From Escherichia phage vB_EcoM_011D4, in the sequence record MT478991.1: a DNA stretch of 64,000 nucleotides. One strand, 5' to 3'. The notes below the pieces were generated by a model, which saw only the letters and a program-made list of their open reading frames with translations, ran no database searches and was not told where the DNA came from. Both the position numbers and the translations under genes were made by a program. Each line of letters opens with the position of its first letter. The first letter of the stretch is position 1. Shown here one piece after another: positions 60,550-64,000 of the stretch.

Positions 60550-61053
60550 TTAAATTAAAGAAAATTTGTAAATCTCTATCAGATCGCCATTACACGCGTA
60601 AACTTCCTCGATCTCGTCAAGGATCATGGTCGTCCCTGTCTTGTATATGCACTCGCGCTCATCTGCCAACATAGCATACAAAGACAGTCGAGTAGTCGGA
60701 TTGTCATACTCTTTAGACACCACTCGGTCAATAGCATGTTCGTAATAATTCATGCAAGGCTTGGTAGGTTTTATTGCAATAATCTTTCCTGTTGCATAAA
60801 CATCGGTTGCAAAGTCCTCTGCTGTTGATTGCAGTGGCGTAAAGCTCATAGGACGCTCTACAACGAAAGAATCACCCACAATTAAGGTATCCAGCTTACG
60901 GCCTTCTCTTTTGCTCACACCGCGATACAAGGCTTCATGATGCACTAACCGCTCAGTCTTTTCGATCAATCCATTAAGGGTCGACATATCGATATTTTCT
61001 TTGGAGTTCATAACTTCATCAATGATGTTAAGTTCTTCTGGTGTAAATTGCAT
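60550..61053 (-). CDS. possible Mod-like ADP-ribosyltransferase
   Basis: R (ALYRG), S-x-T (PMSFT) and acidic ERE elements in ART-like order; position between dda and 56 as T4 modA/modB. Confidence 0.4.
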   Translation of the reverse strand: MQFTPEELNIIDEVMNSKENIDMSTLNGLIEKTERLVHHEALYRGVSKREGRKLDTLIVGDSFVVERPMSFTPLQSTAEDFATDVYATGKIIAIKPTKPCMNYYEHAIDRVVSKEYDNPTTRLSLYAMLADERECIYKTGTTMILDEIEEVYACNGDLIEIYKFSLI

Positions 61054-61062
61054 AATAAAAAA

Positions 61063-61086
61063 GCCTCCAATCTTTCGACGGGAGGC
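61063..61086 (-). promoter_or_regulatory. leader hairpin pairing the GGAGG Shine-Dalgarno upstream of 60550-61053
   Basis: GCCTCC-N12-GGAGGC followed by TTTTTTATT and ATG. Confidence 0.45.
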
Positions 61087-61115
61087 ATAATAAAACCATT
61101 ATAGAGTAGTGTCAA
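61087..61115 (-). promoter_or_regulatory. early promoter cassette
   Basis: TTGACA-17-TATTAT. Confidence 0.45.
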
Positions 61116-61122
61116 CTAATTT

Positions 61123-61641
61123 TTAGTAGCCGCGTTCTTGACGGGCGAAATTTTCAGCATTTTTCAGGTAGTACAGAATAAAGAGTTCTTGAGCGTCAAT
61201 ACCAAGCGGGATCATCTTTGACAGAATGAAGTGGACCGCGTCCACAAATTCAAATTTCACTTCAAGCTGATCTTCTGGTGACAGTTCAGAGAATTTACGC
61301 GCTCGCGCTTCCCCGTGGTTCTTTTTCCACATTTTCCAGATTGCACTTGCATCTTTACCATTGGACATTCCACCCAGCGATGTGTAAAGCTCTCGTGTTT
61401 CGTCTGCGATAGCGTCATCCATCCGTTGCATCCAATCCAGCATTTCACCGCAAGTCTCTAGCTTAGTTGGATTTGGGACCCAATCAAATTTTTCGGATAG
61501 TGCAACCTGCAAACCAGTTTGCATTTCTAGCATCACCTGAAACGGATCTTTACCTTCTGCAATCGCGTGATGATATGCGGCAATAGCCGCGTTAATATCT
61601 TTTTCGTTAACCAGACCAGCACAAGAATTAAATTCTGACAT
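61123..61641 (-). CDS. 56: dCTP pyrophosphatase (dCTPase)
   Basis: C-terminal region SPEDQLEVKFEFVDAVHFIL..LYYLKNAENFARQERGY matches recalled T4 gp56; start at ATG 61641. Confidence 0.85.
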   Translation of the reverse strand: MSEFNSCAGLVNEKDINAAIAAYHHAIAEGKDPFQVMLEMQTGLQVALSEKFDWVPNPTKLETCGEMLDWMQRMDDAIADETRELYTSLGGMSNGKDASAIWKMWKKNHGEARARKFSELSPEDQLEVKFEFVDAVHFILSKMIPLGIDAQELFILYYLKNAENFARQERGY

Positions 61642-61655
61642 ATTCACCTCATTAA

Positions 61656-62684
61656 TTAAAATTTACAATATTTCATAAACCGCATTTTAGCCATCAGACC
61701 TTGTACGGTGTTCTCTTTGATATATTCCATGATCTGATCGCGGGTAGCACCCTCATCCTGAATCATGGCGTTAACGTCTTTAGAATGCCACGGGCAACGA
61801 TCCCATAATACAATCTTTTCCCCTGCATTGATAAACTTTTCCAGTCGGTGCATTGTATCGGCTGACCGTGGTTCGGCGTCAAGTACAAACACTCGCTGAT
61901 CAGGGAAAGGAATTTCATCTAATCCCAAAGTACCGCCAGTAATTGCACACCCGTTATCAATAAACAGGGAATCTATCGGACCCTCTAAGAAGTACACTGG
62001 CTTGCTCGGATCAGCACGTTCAAGACCATAGACCTTACTCGCTAACTCATGAGTTTTAATCGTCATATATTTGGTCTTTCCGTAATCCTTTCTCAATGCT
62101 CGCCCCTGAATGGATTCTATCTTGTTTTCGCGGTTAAAGATAGGAATCACTAAACGCGGTTCAGGTTGTGGATTCTTGAAGGTATCAGCTTTAATGTGAT
62201 TTGCTACCTTTTGCCATTCTCTCGTGAAATACAGAAGATCCCATTTATCGTGGGGAATGCAACGATCACTGACATACTTTATTATAGGATGATTAGCCGG
62301 AAGAGTATCTAATCTCTCGCAGAAAGGCAATGTTTGCACTTTCTTAATCTCCGGCTTTTCTACCTTTTTCAGTGGCTTGAACGTGGTGTTCTTGTGATCG
62401 CCTTGTTCCTTCCGTCGTTCCATAAGCCATTCCCTGAATAGGTCCGGCTTATATTGTTTAAGAAATTCACCTAACGGCTGATTGTAGTTACAGTTGAAAC
62501 AACCACAACGCAAACTATCCTTATAGGTATAGATACGGAATCGCGCTTGAGTATGATTTTTCTTTGAGTCACCGCAGATCGGACAACTACAGACCAGCGT
62601 AAATGAGCTAGTATGCAACCGTTTAAAATTTCGTTCGCCATATATGGCTTTTTCCGCTATTTCATAATCTGCGTAGTAAATCAT
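61656..62684 (-). CDS. 61: DNA primase
   Basis: 342 aa; CPICGDSK zinc motif, PRLVIPI, LEGPIDSLFIDNGCAITGG, KDVNAMI, EGATRDQIMEYIKENTVQGLMAKMR match recalled T4 gp61. Confidence 0.9.
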   Translation of the reverse strand: MIYYADYEIAEKAIYGERNFKRLHTSSFTLVCSCPICGDSKKNHTQARFRIYTYKDSLRCGCFNCNYNQPLGEFLKQYKPDLFREWLMERRKEQGDHKNTTFKPLKKVEKPEIKKVQTLPFCERLDTLPANHPIIKYVSDRCIPHDKWDLLYFTREWQKVANHIKADTFKNPQPEPRLVIPIFNRENKIESIQGRALRKDYGKTKYMTIKTHELASKVYGLERADPSKPVYFLEGPIDSLFIDNGCAITGGTLGLDEIPFPDQRVFVLDAEPRSADTMHRLEKFINAGEKIVLWDRCPWHSKDVNAMIQDEGATRDQIMEYIKENTVQGLMAKMRFMKYCKF

Positions 62685-62693
62685 ATTAACCTC

Positions 62694-62897
62694 TTATAGC
62701 TCAAATTTCATGAAAGTTCCTACACTTTCATTTTCATTCTCTCCGTTTTCATCTAAGCCAAATTTGTAGACACTACCATCTGGCGATGTGTAAGAGAATA
62801 CACGAAAACGGCCTACCGGGTCAAGTTCTGTAAATTCATATTCTTTTCCGGCTTCAAAAAGTGCATATGTGCTTTTAAGACATTTCATCGTAATCAT
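62694..62897 (-). CDS. hypothetical protein (67 aa)
   Basis: ORF coupled to gene 61. Confidence 0.45.
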   Translation of the reverse strand: MITMKCLKSTYALFEAGKEYEFTELDPVGRFRVFSYTSPDGSVYKFGLDENGENENESVGTFMKFEL

Positions 62898-63049
62898 TTA
62901 AGCGCCACCGACAACAGAATGAGAACTACACCAACATACATTGTGATCTCGGATAACTTTTCTGTTTTTGTTTTGTGTCCAGATAATCCGAAAACAACAA
63001 CACCGACAATAGCGGACAGCAAGCCAACGATAAACATGATGATACTAAG
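62894..63049 (-). CDS. small membrane protein (about 51 aa, 2 TM), probable GTG start
   Basis: Hand translation (V)LSIIMFIVGLLSAIVGVVVFGLSGHKTKTEKLSEITMYVGVVLILLSVALK; AAGGAG RBS before GTG. Confidence 0.35.
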   Translation of the reverse strand, partial: LSIIMFIVGLLSAIVGVVVFGLSGHKTKTEKLSEITMYVGVVLILLSVALK

Positions 63050-63221
63050 CACCGTCTTTCTCCTTTTTGCGTTTTTCTTTACCCGCTACACTAGGTCCAC
63101 GATTGGTAATAGATCCGCTCGTTTCACCTGCTGCGATCTTCTCAGGATTGCCGCCAGCATCGCCAGCGGTCATATCTTCTTTGAGTTTATTTTCTTCAAC
63201 AAACTGTTTAAAGCCAATCAT
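63045..63221 (-). CDS. hypothetical small protein (58 aa), below ORF-track cutoff
   Basis: Hand translation MIGFKQFVEENKLKEDMTAGDAGGNPEKIAAGETSGSITNRGPSVAGKEKRKKEKDGA; ATGA coupling to upstream gene. Confidence 0.4.
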   Translation of the reverse strand: MIGFKQFVEENKLKEDMTAGDAGGNPEKIAAGETSGSITNRGPSVAGKEKRKKEKDGA

Positions 63222-63595
63222 AGAATAATCTCTTTCAGTAAGTCAACAATCTGGTCTTTCGTCAGTTTATCCTGATTCTCTACAATCTTGATAACACAAG
63301 CGTTAACATCTTTTCGAGTCACGCGGGAGATCGTTTTAATCCGGTTAAATGGTTCGTAGAAATACACTGCTTCATTATAGAGAGCGGATACTTTACGACG
63401 CATTTGATCTTTATCTGACAAGAAAACAATTGCTGTTTTATGACCTTCTACACCCGCCACGTTATATAGTTCAGCAACACCCCAGCGACCGTTAGGTTCA
63501 ATCATTCCGGCGTGTTTACCGTCGATAAAAATAAGAATATCTCCGTTGAATGCGGTTTTGAATGCTACATCTTCCGGCGTAATCATATTTTTCAT
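63218..63595 (-). CDS. hypothetical protein (125 aa)
   Basis: ORF. Confidence 0.5.
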   Translation of the reverse strand: MKNMITPEDVAFKTAFNGDILIFIDGKHAGMIEPNGRWGVAELYNVAGVEGHKTAIVFLSDKDQMRRKVSALYNEAVYFYEPFNRIKTISRVTRKDVNACVIKIVENQDKLTKDQIVDLLKEIIL

Positions 63596-63625
63596 AATAT
63601 AGTCTCCTTAGAGTTTCATTATAGA

Positions 63626-64000
63626 TCAATCGAATGTAGAAAGCAACTGTTTTGTTTCTTTCAGTTGTCGTTCAAGATTTTTGCGTTTCTCTTTAAGTTG
63701 CATTTTAGCATTATTTCGCTCTCTTGTAACCTCTTTATCAATGCTCTTATTCCAGTTATCAATATCAGAATAAGTTGGCATACCCAATTCTAGACCTAAT
63801 GCGGTTGGATGCAGGGTAACAGTCCATAAACCGCTAATCTTCTTAAATAGGTCGGGGTGTAGTGTACTACCTACATCTTCCGGTGTCAACTCTTTTTCTT
63901 CTTTCAGTGGTGGGGTCTCGTCATATGGTTCCAGTGCATTTACTTTAATATCAGATACCTCATCAAAGAATCCGCGTACATCCGCAGGAAATACACAAGC
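63626..64000 (-). CDS. C-terminal part of a protein whose start lies beyond the window end
   Basis: Frame is open from 64000 to stop at 63626 by hand translation; track start at 63889 is a TTG. Confidence 0.4.
   Translation of the reverse strand, partial: ACVFPADVRGFFDEVSDIKVNALEPYDETPPLKEEKELTPEDVGSTLHPDLFKKISGLWTVTLHPTALGLELGMPTYSDIDNWNKSIDKEVTRERNNAKMQLKEKRKNLERQLKETKQLLSTFD

Noticed and set aside
1-64000. tRNA genes, integrase or transposase genes, prophage att sites
   Set aside because: No cloverleaf-like candidates seen in intergenic regions by eye and no ORF with recombinase motifs; tRNA absence would need tRNAscan to confirm

Overview
This window is a 64-kb segment of a T4-like (Straboviridae) myophage genome, syntenic with phage T4 from alt through gene 61. 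I found no single unambiguous novel system; the strongest candidate is a five-gene translationally coupled module (3149-5204) encoding a C5-methyltransferase-like protein, a zinc-ribbon protein and a DUF262/ParB-like protein. The minus strand carries early/middle genes recognisable by similarity to T4 proteins: alt, DNA ligase 30, co-chaperonin 31, cd, pseT, rnlA, denA, nrdB, nrdA, td, frd, 32, 59, rnh, 52, rIIB, rIIA, a fused 39/60 topoisomerase subunit, dexA, dda, 56 and 61. The plus strand carries the late long-tail-fibre genes 34-37 and holin t. Between these core genes sit many small accessory ORFs, most preceded by a repeated early-promoter cassette (sigma70-like -35/-10, often with a hairpin, a conserved leader and a strong RBS), resembling the PeSL elements described for RB49-type phages. 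Accessory content includes two HNH endonucleases, a frameshifted beta-class DNA methyltransferase flanked by hairpin-containing direct repeats, NADAR-like, CYTH-like and HAD-phosphatase-like proteins, a secreted DUF1311/LprI-like protein, and several tandem paralog families. Caveats: all homology calls are from reading the translations by eye, not from searches. The supplied ORF track uses ATG/GTG/TTG starts and a 60-aa cutoff, so several starts were moved to an RBS-supported ATG and about 15 sub-60-aa genes were added by hand. Coordinates of hand-derived small ORFs and regulatory motifs are approximate (+/-2 nt).
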